A stretch of DNA of 61,143 bases, counting the filler, from Basidiobolus ranarum (taxonomy: Eukaryota): NCBI GenBank assembly GCA_040143965.1. It is 17 parts of 17 records of this genome, joined end to end, with 100 filler letters (N's around TTAATTAATTAA, not from the genome) between each part and the next. Parts side by side here need not be neighbours in the genome. Positions count along the whole stretch, not along the records: positions 21,665 to 25,168 come from JASJQH010002446.1; positions 25,269 to 28,770 come from JASJQH010002447.1; positions 28,871 to 32,372 come from JASJQH010002448.1; positions 32,473 to 35,973 come from JASJQH010002449.1; 13 more parts are not named here. One strand, given 5' to 3'. The notes beneath the pieces are model-generated. The model made no database searches and was not told the origin of the DNA. It saw only the letters and a list, made by a program, of their open reading frames with translations. This document shows, piece by piece, positions 24,501-36,073 of this stretch (the stretch's first letter is position 1; every line of letters starts with the position of its first letter). A program made the position numbers and the translations under genes.

Positions 24501-25168
24501 AGCTGTGTTTTGTTTCACCATAGGTGCGCTCAATTGAGAACTCCCAGAATGTATAGCAAGGGCCTATAATCTCTAAGCATTGTGAAAGATGCAGCAGGGA
24601 ATGTATTGATTACCAGCATAGATTCAGTCTATCTTCTTTAAACCTGTTATAAAGTTTTTCATATCCAATTACAAAATCTTTGCACAGTTGCCATATCTGC
24701 CTGAGATCTGCCAATGTCAGCTGATGCCATAAGAATATATTAACAATATCCACAAACAACTCCCAATGTTGCCAATACTAATCAGGCAGAAATCTTTTCA
24801 CAATTCCACTTGAATATATATACAAATCCAATACCTCCAGTTTTTGCATTTGAATAAACACCTTGATGAGTCAATATTGATGGGAGTCCTGGTAAAATAT
24901 GATGGTATCTTGATGTTTTCAAGCATTTTCCCAATTGATTCTAACTTTGATCCTATTGCAAATGACTCATTCATATTGAATTTTCCACTATATAGCTGAG
25001 TAGGTAGCATAGGAATGTTTTTGAATAGTAAGTGCATAGTGCCTAATGGGAAGCTCTGGCTCCAGCTGATCCCCCTTAGCAATATAATCTTAGGCTTACG
25101 GCTAATACCAAGTTTGATGTTAGACTGACTGTTTGGTGAATTGATATCAGTGATCACGTTGAAATCTG
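24500..25168 (-). mobile_element. CACTA/En-Spm transposase C-terminal fragment, copy 3
   Basis: WSQSFPLGTMHLLF, and downstream IIGP…WEFSIER-like codons. Reverse complement of copies 1 and 4. Confidence 0.8.
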
Positions 25169-25268
25169 NNNNNNNNNNNNNNNNNNNNNNNNNNNNNNNN
25201 NNNNNNNNNNNNTTAATTAATTAANNNNNNNNNNNNNNNNNNNNNNNNNNNNNNNNNNNNNNNNNNNN

Positions 25269-28200
25269 TCTAGTAGCCTTATCAATTGGCCAACAATTAC
25301 TCAAAGTGACCACGGCGGGGACGTTCATCCCTTTACCAACCGGAGGCTTGGAATCCTCGTCAGGGAATACTATGCATACTTTCTTCTCAAATATCACAAT
25401 CTCCCCTGGAATACGGTCTAAGGATGGGATACTAGTCAAGTCAACTGGCTCTAAGAATCGAACTTTGCCAAATCCTGTACGTCCTACTTCGAAGTCCTCT
25501 ACCTTCTTAAGTTGTCCAGGGGTCATCTTCTGAAGTTCACTTAATGAAGGCGAAACCCAATACTCTCCGTCGGATTTGGTCGAAGTCACTTGCTCATCAC
25601 CGTAACTACGAATGGATTCACTCATTCGTGATGGTGTGGTATGTACGGGTGATTTATAAGGTGTGGTGGAGAAGTTGCTCAGCACGCTATCCTCATTTCC
25701 ATTCTGAGGAGTGTGATTGTGACTGAGATTATTAAGAGGAGAGATCCTCTCAGTAGCTCTATCAGTGGTGACTTCCTTGGTGGGCGTAGTAGAAGTGGAA
25801 CGAGCGATATTTAGCTTCTTAACGCTAGAGTTTGGAGTATACGCTCCTGGATTTAAAAGTGGATCATTGGGGCCGACTTCAGACGAAGTGCCGTTCAGTT
25901 TAGGCGTAGATGATCGGAGAGGTGATTGTGAATTAAAACCGCGAAGCTTGATTTTGGCCACTGAGCGTGGAGCTGACTTGAAGTGCAAAGTGGAGCCAGT
26001 CTTTTTTTTCTGTACAACTTGCGTAGTGGAAGCAGTATTGTCGGTGGCAATGCTACTTCTTAGAGGTGAAGCTGTCAATGGCGAACTGTTGGCAGGAAGT
26101 GAGGAAAAAAGTGGATTGTTTCCATAAGGATCCTTATCAATAGCTGCTTGTAATCCTGATTGATTGGTGGGAGCAGCACCCCCTAATGCTGAGGTCGAGA
26201 GACCAAGTCCACCAGCACTGTTATTCGATCCAAATGAACTTAATCCAGTAGTTGTATTAGAGGTATTACTAAAAAGAGATGAGCCTGCAAGTGAAGGCTT
26301 GGGTGCGAACAGACTACTACCAGTGTTGGTGTTGGATGTTAATGTAGAGGCTCCAAATGGATTAGAGGTAACCGTAGGGGCAGTACTGCCAAATAGACTT
26401 GGGGTGGTCGTAGTAGAAGTGGCAGTATTCCCAAATAAACTGGGGGTGGTCGTGTTGTTGGTGTTGCCAAATAAGCTTGGGGTGGCAGTGGTAGCTGTAT
26501 TAGTAGCGCCAAATCCGCCGAATGCTGGTTTTGCTGCAGTGGCTCCGGCACTATTTGCATTGGCTCCAAATGAAAAACTGTTGGTGGCAGGTTTTGCGGC
26601 ACCGAATGTAGATCCAGCGGCATTTCCAAAGCCAAATGATGGTGTTGAGGTAGCAGGCGCAGTGGATGCAGGAGCATTAAATCCAAAGCCAGTGCTTGTG
26701 TTCGTGGCTCCAAATGCTGGAGTGGCAGCAGCAGTTGATGTAGCGCCAAATCCAAAGCCAGTATTTGGCGTAGTATTGGTAGCTCCAAAAGTAGGTGTTG
26801 TGGCGCCAAATGTAGATGTAGGAGTAGTGTTGGTAGCTCCAAAGCCAAAAGCTGGTTTAGCCGCAGCATTTCCGAAGCCTGTTCCCGAGCCAAAGCTCGA
26901 GGTACTAGTTGCATTTTGGCCAAAAGCAGGTGTGGTATTTCCAAAGCTGCTTGTGGCAGCGGGTTGACCAAATGGTGATGTAGTTGCTGCGGCAGAGCCA
27001 AAGATTCCTAATAAAATTCACTCGAGGTTTAGTAAAAAAGGAAAATATCAATATTTTGAAGAACATCATAATAAACTACCAGTCGAAGGGGCGGCGGCTC
27101 CAAAGCTGGGAGTTGTGGTATTGCCAAACCCGGTTGTAGGTTGTCCAAAACCAGTACTTTGGGTATTACTTCCAAAGAGCGAGGTACCAGTAGAAGCAGG
27201 AGTGGCTCCGAACCCTGTGTTGCTTGTATTTCCAAAAGTACTACCACCAAATCCTGTGCTATTAGATGCACCAAAGGTGCTTCCAGTTGCTCCAGTTTGA
27301 CCAGCAGTCTTTCGCCCTTGCTGATAATCTTGAACTCTTAGTTCCTCGAATGAGTAATTTCGATAGGCAGGCATTGCACTGATACTTTGTAAAAGTGTAA
27401 TTACACCCGTACTAGAATCCTTCTCTTGAGTTACACTATAAGCTGGTGACGAGGTTCCACTTCCTCCGGTAGCCATACCGCCTCCAAATCCGGTTGCAGT
27501 GGCCCCAAATCCAGCAGTATTATTGGTGTTGGAGGCTCCAAACAAGCCTCCAGTATTAGAGCCGAAAGCATTTCCAGTATTGGAAGTTTGCCCGAAAACA
27601 CCGGAGTTGGTCGCTGAACCAAAAGCAGGAGTCGCAGGAGCGGCAGAAGCAGTGTCTAAAAGAAAATAATACTTTTAGTATTCATGAATTTCATAGATAT
27701 ATATATATATATATTCAACGTACTGCCAAAACCGAAACTTGTGTTTGAGGCAGGAGCAGTGGTATCTATAGATCGAATGAGTTGGCCTGATGAAAAGTTT
27801 ATATTTATCAGCATTTATCCAGATACTTACTTGAACCAAAAAGTCCCCCAGAACCAAAACCAGATTGCTGTTGTTGTGGTTGTGCGCCGAATGCAGTACT
27901 TGTTGCTCCAAAACCACCTAAAATAAAAATTAATTCGATAATGAGTTGGTTGTTGCAGATCAATGAATTTAGATCGACATCACGTACCCGATGAACTACC
28001 AAAACCAGTTTGTTGCTGTTGAGGTTGACCGAAAGTCGAGGTGGAACCGAATCCAGTATTAGAAGGTTGTCCAAAACCTAGAAAAAATTAATAAGTGAGA
28101 TTTAGTAAGGTTTTAGAAGAATGAAATGGAATCCTAGCAAAACACGAAAAAAAATAGGAGATTCACCTCCACTTCCGCCTCCAAAAGTATTCGCTGGTTG

Positions 28201-28308
28201 GCCAAACATGGAACCTTGATTCTGAGTTTGGTTTTGATTAGATTGTTGACCAAAAGATGGAGTACCTCCGAAATTTGAGCTTCCAAATCCGCCGCTGGAA
28301 CCAAACAT
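25269..28308 (-). CDS. NUP98: Nup98/Nup145/Nup189-type GLFG nucleoporin (5' part; about 6 exons: 28308-28167, 28077-27988, 27916-27831, 27765-27724, 27655-27080, 27007-25269)
   Basis: Dense FG/GLFG repeats, a GLEBS motif (LQSISAMPAYRNYSFEELRVQDY) and the autoproteolytic domain (YWVSPSL..L, F.VGR.GFG.V.F..PVDL, KPPVGKGMNVPAVVTL). Introns are GT-AG. Confidence 0.93.
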
Positions 28309-29396
28309 TGTAGTGAAGTTTACAAACGGATTTCCTTGTTTTATGGATGGGACTACAAACAGAAACAAGTAGTGATTCTAAACTGGTTGAATACCTACAC
28401 GAATGAGATTCGATTTTTTTTTTCGTGACAGTGTTTATTAAAATTCAGTGCGGGCTATAATAAATCTTGATGTACTTAACCACAATACAATTAAATCATC
28501 TGTAAACTTGCCGCGTTGTTATCATCAAATGAATTGATATTTATTACCGATCTGATTTCTATGATCGCATCAGGCACTTTGTCACCTGATACAGTAAATC
28601 ACTACAAAATGCCAAGGTACAGTATTTGTTATTCATCTATCTAGTACAGTTTAGTCAGCACACGATGTAGATGGCAAATTACAGGCTCATTGCCTCCTCG
28701 ATAACACATCCTTCTGATGGGTAAACACTGGAATATTTCTACGCAGTTTTAGTGCATATTGTTGGCAATCNNNNNNNNNNNNNNNNNNNNNNNNNNNNNN
28801 NNNNNNNNNNNNNNTTAATTAATTAANNNNNNNNNNNNNNNNNNNNNNNNNNNNNNNNNNNNNNNNNNNNTCTGTGGATGCTAGTGGATACTAGGCTTGG
28901 ATAGAGATGAGAGGAGAATATTGAATTTGTTAAGAAACACTGAGAAGTGTTGTGATCCTATATTTGTTGAGACACACACTAAACCAAAAGGTTCAGTTAG
29001 CTTTATTTATACTATTTGATAACAAAGTGAATTAGTCAGCACCAAAATATTTGATGACCAATTCTGATAGAAGAAAATGTGCTGGCATAGATAGAAAGAT
29101 AGATAAGTGAGTCATGCATCAGCTGAATTCTTGGAAGTGAAAGATCATTGGTTATGAATCTTGTGACTTGAATTGACTTGTATCTAGGCAGATGACTCAG
29201 AGGTTTATACTGATTGGATAACAATCATGTGATGGGTCATATGATCTGATAGAAGGGACAAGCAATTACATAGTTAGTCAGGTGATAGGTCACCTGATAA
29301 AGTCACTGGATAAGATCAGGTAACTAGTTAGCAATAATGATAAACTACACAGATATTCATGCAAGTTGTATAGATATGGCGTAAGTTTAAACAACT

Positions 29397-30145
29397 TTGT
29401 ATGTTGGTGCACAACAGCAACAAACCATAGCACTTTACACTGCAGAAGTAGAGTATATGGCTGCCTCTGCTACTACACAAGAAGCTATGTGGTTAAGGAA
29501 GTTACTTACAGACTTAGAGTACATGCAAAAATGTGCTATTACTGTGTTTGAAGATAATCAAAGTTGTATTTCATCAGCTAAAAACCCTAGATTTCATGCT
29601 AGAACAAAATACATAGATATTAGGCATCATTTTGTTAGAGAAGCAATAGAAAATGATATAATTGAACTTGTCTAATGCCCTACTGAAGAAATGATAGCTG
29701 ATATCTTTACCAAACCTTTAGCTAAAGCACAATTTGAATTATTAAGATATAAGTTAGGTTTAAGAGAAATACAAAATAATTAGTTGAGTAGGAATGTTGA
29801 AATTAGGTAAATAGCAACTCATTATTTAGTAGTTACTTTATTCATATTCTCATTATTTAGCACCCAATTCTGTCATTCAAAAATGTTTGTTTATTACTCT
29901 AATTGATAGAAATATCAATTAGATCACTTTTACCAATTTTCACTGTTTTCTCAAAACTTTTCCAGATCAACTCAAATTTTAACCTGTACTTAACAGCCAT
30001 TTTTGTTATGATCTAGGCATGTCCAATAGCCCTATTTTGTAGCAAACTATAAATAGGATATATTCAATATAACAAAACTTAAGTGTCTAATTCACAAATC
30101 CAAATCTTGTCCAAACACTTCCAAATGCCCTAAACACTTTTATCA
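29397..30145 (+). mobile_element. Copia RNase H end, PPT and 3' LTR (29795-30145)
   Basis: EVEYMAA…EDNQSCI…KYIDIRHHFVRE, with an LTR TGTTGAAATTAGG…CACTTTTATCA. Confidence 0.9.
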
Positions 30146-30965
30146 GGCTCAACTATGCTCCAATTGGTATCCAAAAGCAGTGAATGCATATTTCTTGGTT
30201 AATGTGATGAAACTAAGGCTGCCAAATTATTTGATACCAAAAAACAGCAGTTAATTCAGTGCAGAGATGTGAGATTTGATCAAAAAGCAAATATTTCACT
30301 TTAAATCACAGTTCTGGATCCAGAAAAACACTCAGCATTAGCCAGCAAATGCCTGTTGCAATTCTTGCTGTATCTGATCCCAATTAAACCAAATTTCTAG
30401 TGCTAAATACACCATAAGATAATTCAGGATGTACAAAGTTATTAGGCAGCAGGAATCAGTCAGGGAACAGGTGGAACACTTGTAATGATGATATCTGTAT
30501 TTTTGCAGCATTGTGTGCCAAGCCACAAAAGCAAGTTCATGCTCTGGAGTGTCCAGACTCAGAAAATGGAAGAGATTAATGTTTGATGAGTTTTCTTCAC
30601 TTCAGGACAACAAAATGTGAGTTTCAGGTCTTTTACCATCAGGAAGAAAGCCAGTAGGTGGCAAATGGGCCTCAAATTCAAAGATTCAGCTGATGGAACC
30701 ATACAAAGGTAGCAAGCAAGATTAGTTGCAAAAGGTTAATCCTGGACACCAGGAGTTGATTTTAATGAAACTTCACTCTAGTAGGTAAGTTTAGCTCCAC
30801 TAGATTAATCCAGGTATACTTAGCCTCCTTAACCTTTATTTACATCAAATGGATGTAGAAACAGCCTTTCTGATGGGACATCTAGAAGAAGAGATTTGTG
30901 TGGTGCAACCAGATGAATTTGATAACCCAAAATACCCTGATGTGGTCTGTAACTAAATAATTCCC
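30146..30965 (+). mobile_element. Older Copia integrase-RT fragment into which the preceding element inserted
   Basis: CIFLG (integrase C-terminus), KPVGGKW, RLVAKG and QMDVETAFL-like codons. Confidence 0.8.
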
Positions 30966-30968
30966 ATT

Positions 30969-31420
30969 TCAATCAGTGATGGTGCATCCTGACTTTTCAA
31001 AATTGAATTTTAACCCTGCTGAGATGGCCTTGCACACAGATATTAAATTCTTGGCAATATTGGTAACATTCAGTACATCCTTAAAAGTATACTCTGGCTC
31101 TTCAGAAGCTGCAGTAAACTTGACTTGAATTGTTCCCATTCTAATGGCATCCATAGTGCAGTCATCTCCCATGAAAACCTTGTTAATTGCGATTACTTCA
31201 TAATTCACAAATCAAAAACATTCATATGTGAACTGTTGGGAGGCTCCAGAATCAATACACCATCTCTGAGAATCCTTGTTGGTAGTAATTGATAGAGCAG
31301 ATATGAACATGTGATCTTCTGTTGTAACCACATTACAAGATTCAGTACATTGTTCTTCTTTCTCATTTCTTTTAATTATTGACATTTTGATGGTCTTACA
31401 ATAGTTTTGCACTCCAGAAT
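30969..31420 (-). mobile_element. Copia protease fragment
   Basis: WCIDSGASQ and KDVLNVTNIAKNLISV. Confidence 0.8.
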
Positions 31421-32277
31421 GGTGGATCCAATCTGGATCAAATTGATTTTACTTTTGTTGGGGGTCTTCATATGAATTACCACTTTTTCCTTGCCATTGG
31501 CCTGACAGGTAGGGGCATAGGTGTTGATATTGATGCAGGGTTAGTTAGTGATGCCTGAATACACACTGATCAAATATTTTTAACATTCTTCAGTCTCTTC
31601 ACTGAATAGGAGCTTTCAAATCCACCACTACTACTTAATTCAAGCATTTTGTATTAAGAAACACTTCCTATGGCTTGTGATAATATTGTTGGATGTTTAT
31701 TAGTACAGTATGGTGCAGATTCAAAACAGGCTCAGATGGCATATTCTGCACACCTAAAAAGCAAAACATTCATCCCTGAGAGAAAAATGCTTCTCTCTTT
31801 TTAATTATAAATGACATATTTCAGGTATTGTACTACAACAGACAAAGTAGCCTCTGACCCATGAAGAGTGAAGACTTCACAAAATTTGAGCATATTCCAT
31901 TGACTTGATCAGGATTAAAACCAGGTCATCCAAAATTAATCTTTACAGCAAAGGTGGAGAAGAACTTATTATGTTTTAAGCTCCCATAACAAGTAGAAAA
32001 AAATGTGGTAACAGCAATAGAGTATTTGAATGATGAATATAGGTACACTATAAATATACATCCTAAGCTGACATGATCTTGCCAGAAAGAGGTGAAATTT
32101 GCATAAGGATTGTATATACAGGATGACCTTGCAGTTATACAATTTGTCACAAGACAAACTTCATTAATTACATTCAACAACCATGGGAAACTTCTATAAA
32201 GTAGTGAAAACCAAAGTTGCCATTACTTTGAATGATTATTCATGATGCTCTGTCAACTTCATCAGGATTCAATTGGG

Positions 32278-32372
32278 TGTTGAAGTTTATTGTCTTTATC
32301 ATATTTGTTATCTCTATCTTTATACACCTAACTATTTCATATATCACATATAAGTTAGTTAACATTACTTAG
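32278..32372. repeat. 5' part of LTR family B (cut by the gap)
   Basis: TGTTGAAGTTTATTGTCTTTATCATATTTG, identical to the start at 14937. Confidence 0.85.
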
Positions 32373-33709
32373 NNNNNNNNNNNNNNNNNNNNNNNNNNNN
32401 NNNNNNNNNNNNNNNNTTAATTAATTAANNNNNNNNNNNNNNNNNNNNNNNNNNNNNNNNNNNNNNNNNNNNATGGACCCAAAAGATATGTGGCGATATA
32501 ACTTAGTTGTATGAGCTGAGCTTGCCCAGTCAAGAGAGCTCTATTCCCAGTAGCTTGGGGAACTTTCATGATGCTGCTCGGATGAAGCCTGAACCAAGTC
32601 TCCAGTTATATGATTTCTCCTCTAGCGTTCTCCGGCTGGAATTTTGCAAGTAGGCTGTCTCTGAAAATAGGGACACAAAAGAAGGCCACAGAGCTCAAAA
32701 GACTGCTAAGAATTGGAGAATAGCTAGTTGTGCTAACACTATATTATTTTAATATTGATGGCTCCAGATGAAGGACAGAATGCTATGGAGATATCAGGAA
32801 ATGCAAGAATGAGTTGAAGATTCTCATTGCCAATTGAAGTATAGAATGTGTTTGAACTTATGGATATTCCACTCAAGCAAATCTAACACAATTGAGTATC
32901 TCAACAAATGTACATCAACAGCAGATAGAAGAGTTTGCTTGCATATCTAAGAACAAATGTTGCTTTAACTTCAATTTTATGGGAATAAATAAAATATAAA
33001 GCAAAAGATCAGACAAAAGCACCAGTGTACACTTGAGGCCATCACCCTATATTACTATTCTAAATGAGCAGCTGAGCGACGGGCCAACCCTAACCCTAGT
33101 GAATCTGGCCGTAGATGTTCATTATCATTATCTCTAAACTCCCTATAGCTCTCAATATAAAAAAGTTTATATGGCCTATCAGAGCCAATATAGCTGGCTC
33201 GTACTTGAGCAAATGGGGTTATTGGCATATTTCCGTGGTTCAAAAAGTACCCGATTCCATTTCTTAACTGGGGCATCTGGTGTCAAAAATAACCTACATT
33301 TGAGAATGTCAAGTTTCCAATATGGGATCCAAATCAACCAGTCTCCTGATTCCACTGGAATCCTACTGAAATTGTTGGATCTCGAAGATGGTGAGTGGAA
33401 GTGCAATATTTCGAATGAATTTCATGTTTCGCGTTTCTCGTGTCAACAATTCAGTGATTCTTCCTGGTATTTATAGCTCGCTTCGATGATTAAACCTTTA
33501 GTGCTAGTGTTGCTTAACTGACTACGTGTCGTGTCAACTTTATTTTGTTTGGCTGATTTTTCCAGTAAAGCCATCCCCTTTTATAATTAGAAATAGGTTG
33601 GTGTCGTACAATCTCGCGTTTACATCTGCTAAACTTACTTTTACTTCACAATATGACTTTTAACACCTCCATTTTACCTTTTCTCTCCAGAATAACCAAT
33701 TCTCTAAAG

Positions 33710-34465
33710 ATGTCCAGCGCGGATGAACAAGAGGAACAGATGAGTGTTGAGGAAGAGAACGAAGAATTTGAAGAGGAAGAGGATACCATAGAGGAAAGTA
33801 AGGAAGTTTATGTTGTAGAAAAGGTGGTTAACCACCGTAAGCGTGGGGTAGGCTGAGTTTGTTAAAGTATATATATGGACCTTCTTGACCTTAGTTAACC
33901 TGTGTACTACCAGGGAAAAACCCAATACTTCCTCAAATGGAAGGGTTATCCTGAAGAGGACAACACCTGGGAGGACGAGGACAATCTTTTCTGTCACGAG
34001 CTAATCGAAGCGTATCTCAAAAACAAAGAAAGCGCAAAGAATACCCCTGGAACAAAAAACTCGCGAGGTAAATCGGCCAAGAGAGCCAAGACCGATAGTT
34101 CTGATGAAGAGGAGGCCTCACCGATAAAGAAGAATATCAAAGAGGAGGACTTGGAAAATTGGGAAGACCAAGTACAAGAAGTTGAGACTGTTGAGCGCGA
34201 TGAATCAAATACCTTGAAGGTTTATCTCATTTGGTTAGTGAAGTATTTCATGTTTCTTGGATTTGATCTTCGTATTAACTCTCTACTCGTAAAAGGAATA
34301 ACGGTAAGAGAACCGTTCATGATGCTGAAGATGCCAACCAAAGATGTCCTCAAAAGGTAAAATAAAAAGTACCTCAGGTCCCTTCAACTCCTGGTTTAAC
34401 TTGTTTAATCTTAATAGGTCATCAAATTCTACGAAGCCCATTTGAGATTCAAGGCGGCTTCTTGA
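33710..34465 (+). CDS. swi6: HP1/Swi6-family heterochromatin protein (chromo + chromoshadow); exons 33710-33847, 33914-34233, 34296-34356, 34418-34465
   Basis: Acidic N-terminus, chromodomain [12 protein letters not shown]…[16 protein letters not shown], basic hinge and chromoshadow domain VYLIWNNG…[15 protein letters not shown]. Three GT-AG introns splice in frame. Confidence 0.93.
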
Positions 34466-36073
34466 GTTGATACATGGACTAAAGCGAAGGTCAAAGTATG
34501 ATTGTAATTAATTTTGGATGAACTCCCTTGTTTCACTCAATTTAGTGATTCTTTTTGTTGCTTGTCGTAATGGATATAAATAAAATGTACAATCTTGTTT
34601 CTTTTCATCGGTTTTGTGCCAATACTCTTCCATCTATATACGAGGCCAATGGGTCTTCTTCAGATTGTTACACCGCAGCTCACAAAGGCATCTATATCTG
34701 GTCACGCAATCCTAACCCTAGGATGCTTTTCCTACAGGAAATCAGAATTGCTGAGTAAAGATTGAACCACCCTAATTGAGATTATCTCTGTGCACGTGAT
34801 TTTTACACGTGACTGACTGACCGTCATCTCCCTAAACCTAGTTAAGCTGTTCGTCTCTAGGACAAATGTTGGTAAGCCAATACGGAACTCTCGACTTCCA
34901 CATTAAGGATAATTCCAATCCATTGAGATGGAGTTATTCTATTCCATTAATCGAGCACACCAATTAAACCTCTTCGTAAGGTTTAGCTTAGCACTGGAAA
35001 AGTTGTCTGAGACCAACAAATCTGAGATCAGAATACAACGTGGAGTTTCTAACCACATGTTTCTTTGATCATGGCACCTGCTGGGTTGCCAATGGGCATC
35101 ACCCCTGGCATGTAGCCAATCTCTCCTCAACCATAGAGCTCCTTAGTTGGCCATAATTCCAAGTTAGTGCCACAGCGAGTTCGGTTGAGAAATGATTGAA
35201 AAGCCAATCGCATTCTAGAAAATGGGCCTGATAAACCTAGACAGATGTTGAAGTCACTTGGTTGGGCTAACCGGCAATCACCCCATTGACAGGGCGTTCG
35301 GTTAGGCCACTTCCAGTTTCCACTCGCTACCACCAAGAAGAAGGATATGACACAAATGCAGTAGGAAAGGAACGGTGTCTTGTCCATGACATGTCCCAGC
35401 CCTTCGTTAGTCCAGGGCATATCGATAATTCCTGTGAGAGTGAGAAGGTATTAAAGATGTCTTTTTAAGCAATCGCTGTTATTGTTTTACCTGCCCAAAA
35501 TAGTTTGGCTTGATTAGCTATTTGAGCCCCTTAACAAATTAAGAAATTCGAAGACACTCGAGCTTTTATTTGAAAGGTTTCAAGATTTGTAAATTGGAAT
35601 GATCCCGTTGGAGGACCAGATTGGATTAGGAATCACTGGAAACCAGAAAAAAGGAAAAACTTTTTGGGTCTCTTACCAGCTCCTTGAAATGGATCCGGAA
35701 TTATTGGTGCCACTAAGGTCCCACGAGGCACTTCCTGAGATGCTATATAAGCTCGGGACGGTCCTCTGGCCATTTGATTTCCTTTCCCAATAGAGAAAAC
35801 TCTGGTAGTTTCGGGCCCATTGTAATTTATCGCTGCTTATTCCATATTTCACATCGTTGAACTCAAGTCACTGCAGAATTGTTCATTCTCTCTCAGCTTT
35901 TTTTTTAATGAGAATGGTAATTCGGATTTCTTAAATGGTGGTGGTGTTTAATGGTTGACGTTGATTATGTTCTNNNNNNNNNNNNNNNNNNNNNNNNNNN
36001 NNNNNNNNNNNNNNNNNTTAATTAATTAANNNNNNNNNNNNNNNNNNNNNNNNNNNNNNNNNNNNNNNNNNNN

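Noticed and set aside
26164-26967. 267-aa plus-strand Val/Pro/Asn-rich ORF and similar overlapping ORFs
   Set aside because: These are antisense shadows of the FG-repeat nucleoporin.
32473-33430. Possible gene divergent from HP1 (ORF 33179-33406)
   Set aside because: There is no in-frame ATG, and the putative downstream exon has stops in all three frames. I could not build a model.
34939-35973. Minus-strand ORFs 34939-35130 and 35127-35420
   Set aside because: These may be the 3' exons of a gene or pseudogene, but I found no recognisable domain or consistent splice model.
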